A stretch of DNA of 64,000 bases. It comes from a virus. Taxonomy: Duplodnaviria; Caudoviricetes. A program made the position numbers and the translations under genes. Under the pieces are notes generated by a model. The model made no database searches. It saw nothing but the letters and a program-made list of their open reading frames with translations, and was not told the origin of the DNA. The stretch spans positions 29,158 through 93,157 of the IMG/VR virus record IMGVR_UViG_3300031998_000042; one strand, written 5' to 3'. Positions 42,501 to 50,409 of the stretch are shown here, one piece after another; position 1 is the first letter of the stretch; every line of letters begins with the position of its first letter.

Positions 42501-45500
42501 CTATTGAAAAAGAATTTGGTCTTATTAAAGATGTGGATGTTCAATCTGAAGATCCTAATATTCAAGGTTATCTCAATAAAATTAAATCTTCTATAGATTC
42601 TATTAGAAATTCAACACTTGTTAATCAGGCATTTGATTTATATGCTGAAAATTATCTTGGTGAACTTTCTAAAAATCCACTTATTCAACAACATATGATT
42701 AGTATTCTTGATGGTTTCTGGAAGAGTAACTGGGCTGAGTCTGTATTTAATGATATACAAGAAGCTCCAAATCCAATTATTCAGGTTACTATGAAAGAAT
42801 TTATGAAGGATATGCGTTCTGCACAAATGAATGCAAGAAAACGTATAGACGAATTTGGTAAATTTATGAGTGACCTTAGAGCAGAAGCTGCTAAGAATGG
42901 TCAATCTATTGATTTCAGTCATATAATCGATGAATATGGTAGATTTATTCAAGAATATACTGATAAGTTCTTAGAGGATAGAGATAGATTGCAAGAAGAT
43001 GTTAGAAAAGCAAAAGAAGAATTTGGTGAAAATTCTGTTGAACATCTTAGAGCTAGACTTATTTATAATGAGTGGAAAGCAGAAAATCTTGAACAACCTC
43101 TTGTAAAAGAATATTACGATGAAGTAAATGCTCTTGAGAGAAAGATTCTCTTTGGTACTCCTACAGAAGATGAAGTAACACATAGAATTATTAATGTTGG
43201 TGCAAGCCCTCATTTGTTCGCTTATTATGAAAAATTAAGAAGAGAACGTAATAATATCTTACATAGTCTTTCTGATGATACTCCAAATGCAGAATTGGAT
43301 AATCGTCTTGATGAAATCAATAAAGAACTTGATTTAATTCTTGGTGATTTTTATTATAACGAAAAAACTGGTACTCTTGAAGAGAAAACTGAAACATACG
43401 GTAATACTCTTGAAGATGCTATGAAGAGTTATTTCCATACTGATATTATAAATGAATATGTTGAAAAACGTAGAGAAATTGAAAACAAATATTATGGAAG
43501 AAAAGCTAAATTTGGATTTGAAGAAGAAGTAGAACGTAATGCCAAAATTGTACAGGCTTTTGAATCTACTTATCCTGAAGCTGTACTTCAAAATAAGCCA
43601 GATTATATTAAAGCTAAAACATGGTTAAGAAGAAATGCTATTCGTAAACCTTCTGTAAAAGGAGAATGGGCTAAAGAATTAAGAGATGCTTATGAAACTT
43701 TAGGTCGTAAAGATGACACAGATACAACTAGTACAAGAAATGTTCTTTGGGATAAAACTAAAACTCATGGAAGAATTGATGAATTTGGTGTATTTGATGC
43801 CACTTATATGACTGATGAGGAAATAGACCAACTTAAAGCTAAAGAAACTCAACAATTTAGAAATCATGATGATAATCCTTTATCTGATAGAACATTAATT
43901 AGTAATGGTGCCCCAGATAAGACTGTATATTCTAGAGAATTTTATAAAGGATTTACTGGAGGTACAGGTAAAGATAATGCAGAATGGTTTAAAGTTGTAA
44001 CTGAAATTAATGATTTACTTGCCCCATATTATGATAGTGCAAATGAACGTGTAAATCTTCAACTTATTAAAAACGATAAAGAAGGAATTGAAATACTTCG
44101 CAAACTTACTAAACTTTATGATCGTCTTGCAAATATTAATAAAACTGAAAGTAAAGATGATAAGAAAAAACGTTATAAATGGATTGAAGAAAATGTAGAA
44201 TTTGCTATAAATGAAGCTCTTTATGAAGCAGATAGAATTTGGGCTGAAGGATTACCTAAAGACCAATTTAGAACTGCTATTCTTGGTTTAATTAAAACTG
44301 TAGATGCTAATTGGAATGTTGGTCCTAATAGTTTCTTATATGGTTATATTAAACCTAAAGGAGAAACATTTAAAGAGTATGGTACAGGTAAAGAAATTAA
44401 ATCTGTAGATGAAAAGAAAACTAAAGCTCTTGCAACTATTGCTAAATACACAGAACGAGTTCCTACTAAATATTATAGTGAAAAGTTCTATGAGATGAGT
44501 CAAAAAGGTGAAGAAGAGTTTCAAAAATGGTTTATTGCAAATCATATTTATAATCCTTATACTCATGGTTATCAACCTCTTCGCTGTTGGACTAGTGTAA
44601 GATATGGTAGTGATTTGTCTTATGACTATTATCCATCTTATGCTCAAAAAGAACGTTATATTAGGGATGGTAAATATGATGAAAATGATCCTACTCAAAT
44701 AGGTGTAACTGTTAATTTAACAAAAGAAGAACAAGAGAAATATGAAGCTAAAAAGAAAGAAGGTGAAGACAAATCTGCTTATATTAAGCGTCTTAGAGAT
44801 ACAGCAGATAGTGTAGAAGCTGAAGGCAAGCATAAAGCAGCTGAAGAACTTAGACATCTTGCAGAAGTAGCAGAAACTGGTTATGATAGTAAAACTGACT
44901 TTGTAAACAAAAATTATAAAGAAGGTGGACACAGTATTAATTATAGAAGAGAAGGTCATAACTATGATAGAACTATAAATGCAAATGAATATGAACTTCG
45001 TGCTAGAGACTACATGAGAGAAGTTCTTATGAGTCTTGCTCATACTAAAGAATCTCGTAACTATCTCGAAAAAGGTTGGTTACCCTCTCGTTCTTCTACG
45101 GGGGAGCATGATTTAAAATATTGGGCTAAACAACTTGCAGGACTTGTTGGTTTTGAAACTTTACATAATGGTAAAGAAGATTTCTATGAGGATATAGAAT
45201 ATTATAAGGATAGACCTATTCCAATGCCTATGCTTAATCAAGTTAAAGGTAAAGGTGTGGTTACAAACGATATGAGTTATCCAAAACGAGAAGATTATGA
45301 TACAGAAGAAGAATTTATTAGAAAGAAAGAAGAATATGCTGCTAAACAAAAAGAAGTAGATAAACAAAATCTTGAAATTCATAAAGCTCTTCATGATAAA
45401 GATTATGAGTCTGTGATTAAAGAATTTATTCTTAAAGCCGCACAATATAATGCTGTACAAGATAATAAGTATAAACTTTTCCTTGCACAACAACTTATTA

Positions 45501-47389
45501 GAACTCATGGAACTTATATTCAAAAATATAAATTAAGTGGTCCTTTTAAGAAAGATTATGCTGCTTCTAATGAAGAAGATTCTGAGTACTTACGTCAAGC
45601 AGATGAAAACCTTATTAAGCAATTTGATAAGACTATTAATAGAATGGTTTATGACCAATGGAAAGAACCAAATAATGGTCTTACTAGACTCTTTAGTGTT
45701 ATGCAAAGTTATACTTCGGCTTCATTTATGATGCTTAACTTTAAAGGCGGTATTGCTAACGTAACACTTGGAGAAACTCAAATTCTTGCTGAGGCTTTTG
45801 CTAAAGAATATTTCAATATGGGAGAATATGCTAAAGGTAAAGCTACTTACATACAAGGTATTCCTGACTATATTGCAAATATGTATAACGAAAATGCTAG
45901 TACAATACAAGGTGCAATTATTAAGTTCTTTGACATTGTTGATTATGATGAACATAATGGTGAAGTAGATAGAAAGACTGATAGTGCTGAAATCATTAAG
46001 AGGGTTAAAGCAATGGGTTATGCTCCTCAAAGTTCAGGTGAACATGCAATGCAAAATGCAGCTCTGTTTAGTATGATGTATAGTCATAGACTATTTGAAA
46101 ATGAAAGAGCACAAGAACTTGGTCAACCTAGTCTTACGTTTATGAGTTTTGAAGAGTTTACTAATAAGAAACACGAAGAAGCATTAAAAACTATTCTTAC
46201 TACTGACCAAATAAAACAATATGAAGAATATAAGAAAAAGGTTGCTGGAGATGCTAATCTTATGAAAGATTTTGCTTGGTTTAAGAAAGATGTTACAAGT
46301 GAATTTGCTCTTACTTATCTTAATGATGAACAACAGAGAGCATTTGGTAATAAAAAACAAGAACTTCTTAAAGATGCAAAGAAAGAATTTGAAGATGATG
46401 AAAAGCATCCTACTATTTATAGTCAAATGGAACTTAGAGATGGTAAGATGGGATTCAAATCTGGTAGTAAACTTAGTTATCTCGATGTAGCAAAACCTGA
46501 TGGTTCTCCAAGTGACGCTATTGAACTTATGGCTGAATTTAAAGGTAGAGTTATCTCAGTTAATAAAAAGATTCATGGTGTATATGATAAGTCAGGTAGA
46601 GCAGCATTAGAAACAACATTCTGGGGAAGTCTTCTTATGCAATATCATAAACATATTCCAATGGCAATTGCTAAACGTTATCGCCGTCAAGGTATGTTTA
46701 ATGAAGAAAGAGGTAGTGTTGAAAAAGGTTTCTATGGTTCACTTTATGATTATCTCGCTATTCCTTTCAAAAAACATAAAGATGTACTCAATCTTAATGA
46801 TGATCAAGTTCAAGCTGCTTTAGGTGTTCAAAACATTATTAAAGAAACACTTAATCTTTTATTTACAAGTAAGTATTATAATATGCTTCCTGAATATGAT
46901 AGAGCAAATTTAAGAAGAGGTCTTGCAAATACTTGTGCAGTATTAAGTAGTTTATTTGCTGCTATTGCAATTCAATGTATTGCTGACGATGATGATGAAG
47001 ATACTTGGCTTTATAATATGGCAGTTTATCAAGCGGATAGACTTGCAACTGAAAGTACTCAATTTAGTGTATTTGGATATGCAGAACTTAAAAAGCAATT
47101 ACAAAATCCATTTGCTGCTAATACTATTTTCCAAGATGTACTTTCTAGTGCTAGTATGCTTTGCCAAATGATGATTCAAGGTGATGAATTTGACCCAACT
47201 TATAAGAGTGGTCAATTTGCTGGAGATAATAAACTTACAGTATATTTATCACGTCGTATTCCAATTTGGAGAGGTATTAAGAGTTCGTTTATTGATATTT
47301 ATGATAATAACCATTATTATAAAGTAGGTAAGAATATTCTTGGATTTGTCAATGCTGATAATATTGCTGACGAAATTATGGGAGATTAA
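33584..47389 (+). CDS. Virion-packaged two-barrel DNA-dependent RNA polymerase polyprotein
   Basis: 4601 aa; GYRIPTEGKQS and GSDFDIDS (DFDID at 38660-38674), the catalytic motif of crAss-like virion RNAPs (phi14:2 gp66 family). Confidence 0.9.
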   Translation: MACTIKVDFTRAASLKNLSDYCGTNCTMFYSYLTSVFKDVTSDGNLQFTDDFKKFVGDIELDVNNMNGETLKNKIIEFYNNKYASVYSAARETRAYDKVRVYGYSSIAAREDSKKYGAEVVISYFHKNENQGLNEKLKDKRDFYKAAVKHELEKFLYARLGFAAKKSADEIKKELETESIGNLLDKYNAGVQLRNLAAFYVEFTGSEDLFNEILYDSRLSGIKFDKKSEDDEQTDTAGDETFQDEDFNAEDTSDETEYDVTIRVLDNKLGAYTDYMTHIGANIKALLGSIKKLNDGSPDGRLGKRWDYDLDNNLGLPMAMNANECATVLYHYGDYTSPELMMESIKRIATTLPGFAGFHMLYDTLKGNLDLQADFYRTFGKTVIGKLETVVKDGKTTNRISNNTSSKIDALRFEYLNSVKVSSTQMNVEFAKSELENLKVKFKGFKAFPTDKKYRQELEDMLYKQLKRYYTNIDPITIRNYLRMHNQSDVENINTTQQNAQLLITILEQTVNASANTQQNYRDRQAAISVAFAKNKRREQLQEETGEYIGGFEDLNALYSKPFVDEGFNKVVVDLATLLSPYSLVKVDLNSVNIHGNQSSDVINSSMITNIMKTLTSALNTPTMDGKYPDHCPLVNLGEYRFKSQQYDFSNIMLEHRTENGDVIYGLFRETEDGKRVPTEYATELLRFNLFNGSSNLEDDNSVLYAEMSKGDYIGTAWINFFTESKNSSGINTADYFLRIPSDAPKTFTCRAPKYSVKGLFQITNQKEINDKISAKIQEIDDKTIKNLDDIKDVVFEGRPVVISKNGKGLNKKDFIKQVTSDEPINIRIPSSKKSKKFVNGSTVSVMFAYKSSPNDELTDNNYVMEGTIKIDDEGKVSLTNATFKGFVETEKTKTEPARSFNPELWSEIRESLFKRLDDAGEVQRSANTKHVIFQAFRNAFLQELTDAATAVDVIFDTKVEEDGSKILGLKKGKPAIKKEYSKSTKGLSENYHHKKGKIVETSNGKHKLVGNVFHSDRFIIYDREGNETTNYGEKILEEAFDFFYGGAPRHNFAFRYKTNDNGKLEVVLSAEQEEVIEKYLNQFISDYIENIRGRLSPFNGFIKGTAINTDNIAEFILNHHLMYINFNDLLEGDSKYYKGAQDFLKRAKESQGSGVPYGIVDFTERLDAPRHQVPSALESLTFGPKGYKVEQFNRFRAVTVKNTVKTDTPMLEQMVKILTDKNYMGENVLTEDIARDLMYGPIDEKDGKRKGGYQQVIVNDAQSYITFDEWVRRIAARGQINKYKPLIDKILNEDEPLTVNDIEQFVQVQKNFYYDQYYNPETRTVMPRQIKNAEFVLVPRLIKGTQLEIVEKLMQKYGIDQLNTAETSKAGKSYILEVFDEKTGDVKQDIIDEFAENSESTSEFGLVAKDATELYNYNYLYTQQETPQHINAKNKAGIQVVKKLFDNIPEDSPLAKYKHDFFEQYSNNIIDSFQTLMEEFDIELDDNGNIKLNKVGEINKINYEKFYERLREELARLGMDSNMIDYCTQSGEVLNRDTVMPNYMSLVAVKLENIAQSLFNSRITRQTLPGFHAAQVTGVGFQPLSAQVDNVLQSGDLKYHPNGEPYIEVMLPAANFGFDRSNPAYKGLSKEDQDRTFLSQLRAKGLDMIIGYRIPTEGKQSACNMKVVGFTDDALGSTIVVPDAWVAQTGSDFDIDSVYGIQYNTYIDKDGSIHKVQYYDSYEKPYFDYVRRNVSKEEWNRIFEYAKLEDDEIKEIKQYVNYWKRKDPDAGIDYNTFIDELKASSRKILAEEIERLVKEHNLMSFKDFSKQSISKANSRQARENKILDDMISILSSPEALEENLSRSNFDDVLAAFDKCMTESFAKERASRSPYNFFDQAEYQEDAMSGAKLKAFSVTRDTMVSVCNTVRPTLSNSAKVSVVYSGEKYSEDELVKRFGKDNVEKIGKNFKVTHTMFGWSLDNKNIDGKILTAYSSQTTAHILDAIKSGNIPNVNDLTFQVYKTIVDVGSNYDTAVSFMMQPGVRRIVEAYNSSKSIYAKDNNRNYIGTAIREIATELGIDVGKNAKIDDILAEINSEYEDIINAIFGVEKTDLALNDDDIGNLALNPELQLSRLQGVESFAEGTPVEEMDENRDADTIALIYDLCVILQYNRLNNLARKVGDLARVCNPDKFGAKQTIFATNDIFDQIATFDEQGNIEGGLLADENFPLLVNGKHFIDAIYPGVRDGLDAFIQSDTTPEASAYPPLFTFLKYATASSIKVNKKLFVTQETNFVEHIRSLQSLLAGGQRIDEKTYKAFQNYFISYLSKRARFINQPLHFSIEPGGKYGFDYLSKDNGTKNEDEFERVYGYGCRPDMKIEIEEDYYDEEESKKQGKAVYTKGTRLVEFTVKDINNPTQEEINLFEKFSPAQKVYWLQQNLREGEKGILEHIRTSLFNDRMSRKSKYGAQTMEFAETTQDKETLYAEFELGFSSKNPLIALTHADILKYAFIIEGYKIGRNNVSKLIKNSVLVNGGKIYGTNIVNDMNREMALRDETLAGKEFDALKEDFLRSHPNIKGLNRRYVKWTKNGYDLIRRASGIIQIGNTKEGEEILEKYGFGYRTTRGDFKTNKYGNLTFGNKTTLYKLINDKNGSYFLIPLNKLEENENGEWSSNPANNVYPAQDYYLNVIDNWIRDKEKDQVFTADKFKESAAKVNVEEYKAPKQKELSTKMPIPLTKADKDAGFYDHLGKEVANWLKNDKSRKLIIVNGGLDSHIKANGEEYGLTDGIVVTEKDNNGNDVKRALGTFKIYRHKDTKWLIKTYVLGDNAKRDISKLPQDKQDIVTKCREMGIQSTSFKDIYVVEPTNNESMTEGEQEDQEMLSAILDKALSQQVKGVNRRSATSDERARFVRKTFNDKGVTSKLDSVTKHNTDIVMEMAKYLSETCGEILSDLNHFCQDAEGKWHSVLDKESLELIKKDKNERKRYGELILNAKAIEKEFGLIKDVDVQSEDPNIQGYLNKIKSSIDSIRNSTLVNQAFDLYAENYLGELSKNPLIQQHMISILDGFWKSNWAESVFNDIQEAPNPIIQVTMKEFMKDMRSAQMNARKRIDEFGKFMSDLRAEAAKNGQSIDFSHIIDEYGRFIQEYTDKFLEDRDRLQEDVRKAKEEFGENSVEHLRARLIYNEWKAENLEQPLVKEYYDEVNALERKILFGTPTEDEVTHRIINVGASPHLFAYYEKLRRERNNILHSLSDDTPNAELDNRLDEINKELDLILGDFYYNEKTGTLEEKTETYGNTLEDAMKSYFHTDIINEYVEKRREIENKYYGRKAKFGFEEEVERNAKIVQAFESTYPEAVLQNKPDYIKAKTWLRRNAIRKPSVKGEWAKELRDAYETLGRKDDTDTTSTRNVLWDKTKTHGRIDEFGVFDATYMTDEEIDQLKAKETQQFRNHDDNPLSDRTLISNGAPDKTVYSREFYKGFTGGTGKDNAEWFKVVTEINDLLAPYYDSANERVNLQLIKNDKEGIEILRKLTKLYDRLANINKTESKDDKKKRYKWIEENVEFAINEALYEADRIWAEGLPKDQFRTAILGLIKTVDANWNVGPNSFLYGYIKPKGETFKEYGTGKEIKSVDEKKTKALATIAKYTERVPTKYYSEKFYEMSQKGEEEFQKWFIANHIYNPYTHGYQPLRCWTSVRYGSDLSYDYYPSYAQKERYIRDGKYDENDPTQIGVTVNLTKEEQEKYEAKKKEGEDKSAYIKRLRDTADSVEAEGKHKAAEELRHLAEVAETGYDSKTDFVNKNYKEGGHSINYRREGHNYDRTINANEYELRARDYMREVLMSLAHTKESRNYLEKGWLPSRSSTGEHDLKYWAKQLAGLVGFETLHNGKEDFYEDIEYYKDRPIPMPMLNQVKGKGVVTNDMSYPKREDYDTEEEFIRKKEEYAAKQKEVDKQNLEIHKALHDKDYESVIKEFILKAAQYNAVQDNKYKLFLAQQLIRTHGTYIQKYKLSGPFKKDYAASNEEDSEYLRQADENLIKQFDKTINRMVYDQWKEPNNGLTRLFSVMQSYTSASFMMLNFKGGIANVTLGETQILAEAFAKEYFNMGEYAKGKATYIQGIPDYIANMYNENASTIQGAIIKFFDIVDYDEHNGEVDRKTDSAEIIKRVKAMGYAPQSSGEHAMQNAALFSMMYSHRLFENERAQELGQPSLTFMSFEEFTNKKHEEALKTILTTDQIKQYEEYKKKVAGDANLMKDFAWFKKDVTSEFALTYLNDEQQRAFGNKKQELLKDAKKEFEDDEKHPTIYSQMELRDGKMGFKSGSKLSYLDVAKPDGSPSDAIELMAEFKGRVISVNKKIHGVYDKSGRAALETTFWGSLLMQYHKHIPMAIAKRYRRQGMFNEERGSVEKGFYGSLYDYLAIPFKKHKDVLNLNDDQVQAALGVQNIIKETLNLLFTSKYYNMLPEYDRANLRRGLANTCAVLSSLFAAIAIQCIADDDDEDTWLYNMAVYQADRLATESTQFSVFGYAELKKQLQNPFAANTIFQDVLSSASMLCQMMIQGDEFDPTYKSGQFAGDNKLTVYLSRRIPIWRGIKSSFIDIYDNNHYYKVGKNILGFVNADNIADEIMGD
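36714..36723 (-). repeat. CCCCCGTAGA motif copy 12 (in RNAP CDS, encodes FFYGG)
   Basis: atttcttctacgggggtgcc. Confidence 0.95.
39957..39966 (+). repeat. CCCCCGTAGA motif copy 13 (in RNAP CDS, encodes TPVEE)
   Basis: ggcacccccgtagaagaaatg. Confidence 0.95.
45095..45104 (-). repeat. CCCCCGTAGA motif copy 14 (in RNAP CDS, encodes SSTGE)
   Basis: gttcttctacgggggagca. Confidence 0.95.
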
Positions 47390-47403
47390 GTTCTAAACTA
47401 GCT

Positions 47404-47413
47404 CCCCCGTAGA
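47404..47413 (+). repeat. CCCCCGTAGA motif copy 15 (intergenic, overlapping terminator base)
   Basis: agctcccccgtagagaag. Confidence 0.95.
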
Positions 47414-47450
47414 GAAGATGTAGGGAAACTTACATCTTCTCTTTTTGTTT
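47411..47450 (+). terminator. Rho-independent terminator after RNAP gene
   Basis: agagaagatgtagg-GAAA-cttacatcttctct followed by ttttgttt. Confidence 0.85.
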
Positions 47451-47518
47451 GTACCGTATGTGTTCCAACTAATATTTTAAAAAAAGGTATAATACATCCT
47501 GATGGATGTACAATTTAT

Positions 47519-47627
47519 TACAAGAATTTAATTTCTCATATACGGCATGAATTTTGAAGGTAATACATTTATACCTGTCCATATAGAAAATGCAATACAT
47601 AAAGAATTTGAGGGCAAATTTGACCTA
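47519..47627 (+). repeat. ~110-bp intergenic element copy B
   Basis: Co-linear with 11222-11331; 24-bp identical end. Confidence 0.75.
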
Positions 47628-47674
47628 TTTTGTGTGACGTATGCCAAAGGTCGAGCGAGTTAAAATAATATTAT

Positions 47675-47712
47675 AAAAAATTGTACTACCATCTTCACAG
47701 ATAGCAGTACAA
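47675..47712 (-). terminator. GUGA-tetraloop hairpin plus U tract ending the minus-strand transcript
   Basis: Minus strand: ttgtactgctatct-GTGA-agatggtagtacaa-tttttt. Confidence 0.75.
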
Positions 47713-47861
47713 CGTACAATCATTCATTAACTAATAAATTTATAACCTTTATGGAATCTTATTTCCAGAGATTAAATGCCACTACTTTCACAAGCAATGG
47801 CATTTTGAGGAAAACGAATGTGATTTACACATGATTTATTTTTATTTTGTCAGTAAGGAAG

Positions 47862-48140
47862 TTATGTATCAATATAATGTTTATGTATCCATTGAAGGAT
47901 AACAATAGCAGGATAATTTCCAACAAATTTAAATATTAAATCAGTATCTTTATAAAATAAAACTGTAGGAAAATCAGTAATCCTCATCATTTTAAGATAA
48001 CTAGGTTTAACTTTTTCCCTTTCTTTTACTTCAAAAGAAACTTCAAGTTTCTTGCAAGAAGCTATAGCATCTCTGAGTTTTTTCTCAACAATGCTACAGC
48101 TCTCACAATCATTCATACCTACAAGAACAATTCTATTCAT
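47862..48140 (-). CDS. Thioredoxin/glutaredoxin-like protein
   Basis: CESC (CxxC) and cis-Pro 'DFPTV'; ATG at 48140 overlaps previous gene's stop. Confidence 0.8.
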   Translation of the reverse strand: MNRIVLVGMNDCESCSIVEKKLRDAIASCKKLEVSFEVKEREKVKPSYLKMMRITDFPTVLFYKDTDLIFKFVGNYPAIVILQWIHKHYIDT

Positions 48141-48426
48141 CTTTCTTCTCGTTTTGCTCTTGTTCAGCAGGAGGTTCTTGATCATTACTATCAATCTTCT
48201 GATAATAATTACCAGTATCTGTAACTACAACATCTTCATTAGCAAGTAATGCTTCCATTGCATCATTTACAAGACGGAAACCTGTAAGAGCAGTACAAAG
48301 ATTACCAAAATTGATTCTATCTTTTTCGGTTTCAAACTTACCATTTGCAATAGTTTCTTGCAAGGCTTGAATTTCATTATTAACAAACTTATTAACATTA
48401 ATAAGTCTTTGTACAAACATTTTCAT
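48133..48426 (-). CDS. Hypothetical protein (97 aa)
   Basis: ORF with genome-typical codon usage. Confidence 0.7.
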   Translation of the reverse strand: MKMFVQRLINVNKFVNNEIQALQETIANGKFETEKDRINFGNLCTALTGFRLVNDAMEALLANEDVVVTDTGNYYQKIDSNDQEPPAEQEQNEKKDE

Positions 48427-48538
48427 AGTTGTAATATTTTAATGTTCTTTTAAATAATTTTCATCAAATTTATTAAGCTTAGGATTTTTATTAGATAAAC
48501 ATCTTATATCACATTTATCACAATTAAATCCATTACAA

Positions 48539-48976
48539 TTAGACACCTGTATGCCCGAATCCACCTTCACCTCTTTCTGTTTCATCAAGAAATTCAACTA
48601 ATTCAAATTCAGCACGTTCAACTTTATTGATAATCATTTGTGCAATTCTATCACCTGGATTAACAACAAAATCTTCTTGCGAAATGTTTGCCAAAATAAC
48701 ACCTACATCACCACGATAATCTGAATCAATAGTACCTGGTGTATTAAGACAAGTAATACCTTTCTTAAGAGCTAAACCACTACGAGGTCTAATTTGTGCT
48801 TCATATCCTTCAGGAAGAGCAATATGAAGACCTGTTGGAATAAGTGCTCTATCAAGAGGTCTAATAACAACACCTTCAGTAATGTTAGCTCTTAAATCCA
48901 TACCAACACTATTCTTTGTTTCATACTTTGGAAGTTCTTGACTACCTTTGTTTACAACCTTAATTTTAATACTCAT
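48539..48976 (-). CDS. dut: Trimeric dUTPase
   Basis: [34 protein letters not shown] motifs; ATG at 48976. Confidence 0.97.
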   Translation of the reverse strand: MSIKIKVVNKGSQELPKYETKNSVGMDLRANITEGVVIRPLDRALIPTGLHIALPEGYEAQIRPRSGLALKKGITCLNTPGTIDSDYRGDVGVILANISQEDFVVNPGDRIAQMIINKVERAEFELVEFLDETERGEGGFGHTGV

Positions 48977-49003
48977 AACTTTGTTATCTTTAAAAATACG
49001 ATG

Positions 49004-49034
49004 CAAATATACATAAAATATTTGATATATCAAA
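49004..49034 (-). promoter_or_regulatory. Bacteroidetes sigma-A-type promoter of dut
   Basis: Minus strand TTTG, N19, TATATTTG; GTATATTTGCATCGT is shared exactly with 61661-61675. Confidence 0.75.
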
Positions 49035-49090
49035 CATATTTATAGATATTTAACATAAAAATTTCATCACTAATACTACCATCCATTTCT

Positions 49091-49100
49091 TCTACGGGGG
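49091..49100 (-). repeat. CCCCCGTAGA motif copy 16 (intergenic; inverted doublet with copy 17)
   Basis: ccatttcttctacgggggtggtc. Confidence 0.95.
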
Positions 49101-49146
49101 TGGTCGTTTGAGCACTATTAAACTCGTTAATAGGTTCAAAACAGCT

Positions 49147-49156
49147 CCCCCGTAGA
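49147..49156 (+). repeat. CCCCCGTAGA motif copy 17 (intergenic)
   Basis: agctcccccgtagaagagtgg. Confidence 0.95.
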
Positions 49157-49176
49157 AGAGTGGAACACTCATCTCA

Positions 49177-49311
49177 TTACCTAGCACTACAATATTGAAT
49201 TACTCCACAGACAATAGCAACGATAACAATGAGAAATAGTAAATCTACAAAGTTAAATCTATTATGGTCTGGTGGAATAATATTATTAGCAGAATCTAAC
49301 ATAACTGGCAT
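49177..49311 (-). CDS. Small single-TM protein (44 aa, not in ORF track)
   Basis: MPVMLDSANNIIPPDHNRFNFVDLLFLIVIVAIVCGVIQYCSAR. Confidence 0.55.
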   Translation of the reverse strand: MPVMLDSANNIIPPDHNRFNFVDLLFLIVIVAIVCGVIQYCSAR

Positions 49312-49323
49312 AATATAATAATT

Positions 49324-50409
49324 TTAAGCAGCATCTGCAAATTCATTAGTCAATACTAATGCTCTATTCATATTCCTATTAGCATTACCGTAAAGAAGAG
49401 AATCCATACGTTTTTCTCCTTCAAGATTTGCTACATTAGAATAAAAACCAGTAATAGCATTGTATGCACCCCAAGCAGTACCTGTGATATTTTGCTGACC
49501 TATACCATCAAGATAATATTCAAAAATTTGTTTAAGTTGATTTGCTTTTCTAGTAGAAATCTTTGCTCTTTCCATAGTAAGAAAATCAACAGCAAACAAT
49601 CTTCTATAAATCTTGTCAAGTTCATCTGTTTGACGACCAGCAAGTTCAAACAAAGTATCTTGTTCAGTATCAGTAAGAACTAACTTTGCAATATATTGCA
49701 TAACAGCATCATCATTCATCTTAATTGTAGTAAGAGATTGATAAAGTTGTTCTGCTGTTTTAGCATGTTCACAAGCAATTCTAAGAATACGAGAACCTTC
49801 TTGAATACGTTCATTTACATTCTTAGTATGTTTAAGTCTTATATGACTACTAGAAGAGTCAAATGCACTATTAAGCATGTTAGTACAAATAACTCGAATT
49901 GGAGAGAATAGAATATCTACAGATGAAGTACCATCGTGAGAATTACTAAATACAAGATAATTATCTATCTTATCTCCATTTACTGTAGTTTCAATAGGAA
50001 GTTTAGCAGTAAGGAATATTTTATGTCCAAGACCAAAATATCCTGCTCTAGTCCAAATAGCCTTATTCTCTCCAATAGCATCATCAAAGAAAGTAAAAGC
50101 ATCCATATTTTGAACAACTTCATATTTTTGTTTAACAAGACCTAATGGAACATCCATATCTGTTCTATAAGTAGCATAAGCATTTGGAAGATCACGATAA
50201 ATATGACCTTTATATGCAAAATCACCATCCTCTTCATTAAGGGAATTATTGCCATTTATACTAAATGGCATTTTTGCTACAAGTTCACATTTCTTAACTA
50301 TAAAGTTAAGACCTGCTTCTTCCATTGCTTCTCTAGATGTTTTAACACCTTCTATATTTTCACCAAGTCCACTTGCCCAAGGTAAACCATTTCTATTATA
50401 TCGGCTCAT
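49324..50409 (-). CDS. DUF932/DUF945 family phage/plasmid-like protein
   Basis: 'YEVVQN..AF.FFD', 'NSHDGTSS', 'PIRVICTN', 'GTAWGAYNAIT'. Confidence 0.85.
   Translation of the reverse strand: MSRYNRNGLPWASGLGENIEGVKTSREAMEEAGLNFIVKKCELVAKMPFSINGNNSLNEEDGDFAYKGHIYRDLPNAYATYRTDMDVPLGLVKQKYEVVQNMDAFTFFDDAIGENKAIWTRAGYFGLGHKIFLTAKLPIETTVNGDKIDNYLVFSNSHDGTSSVDILFSPIRVICTNMLNSAFDSSSSHIRLKHTKNVNERIQEGSRILRIACEHAKTAEQLYQSLTTIKMNDDAVMQYIAKLVLTDTEQDTLFELAGRQTDELDKIYRRLFAVDFLTMERAKISTRKANQLKQIFEYYLDGIGQQNITGTAWGAYNAITGFYSNVANLEGEKRMDSLLYGNANRNMNRALVLTNEFADAA

Noticed and set aside
1154-46426. Many antisense and alternate-frame ORFs in the ORF track over large genes
   Set aside because: Shadow ORFs with Ile/Phe/Ser-rich composition arising from the codon bias of the real genes.
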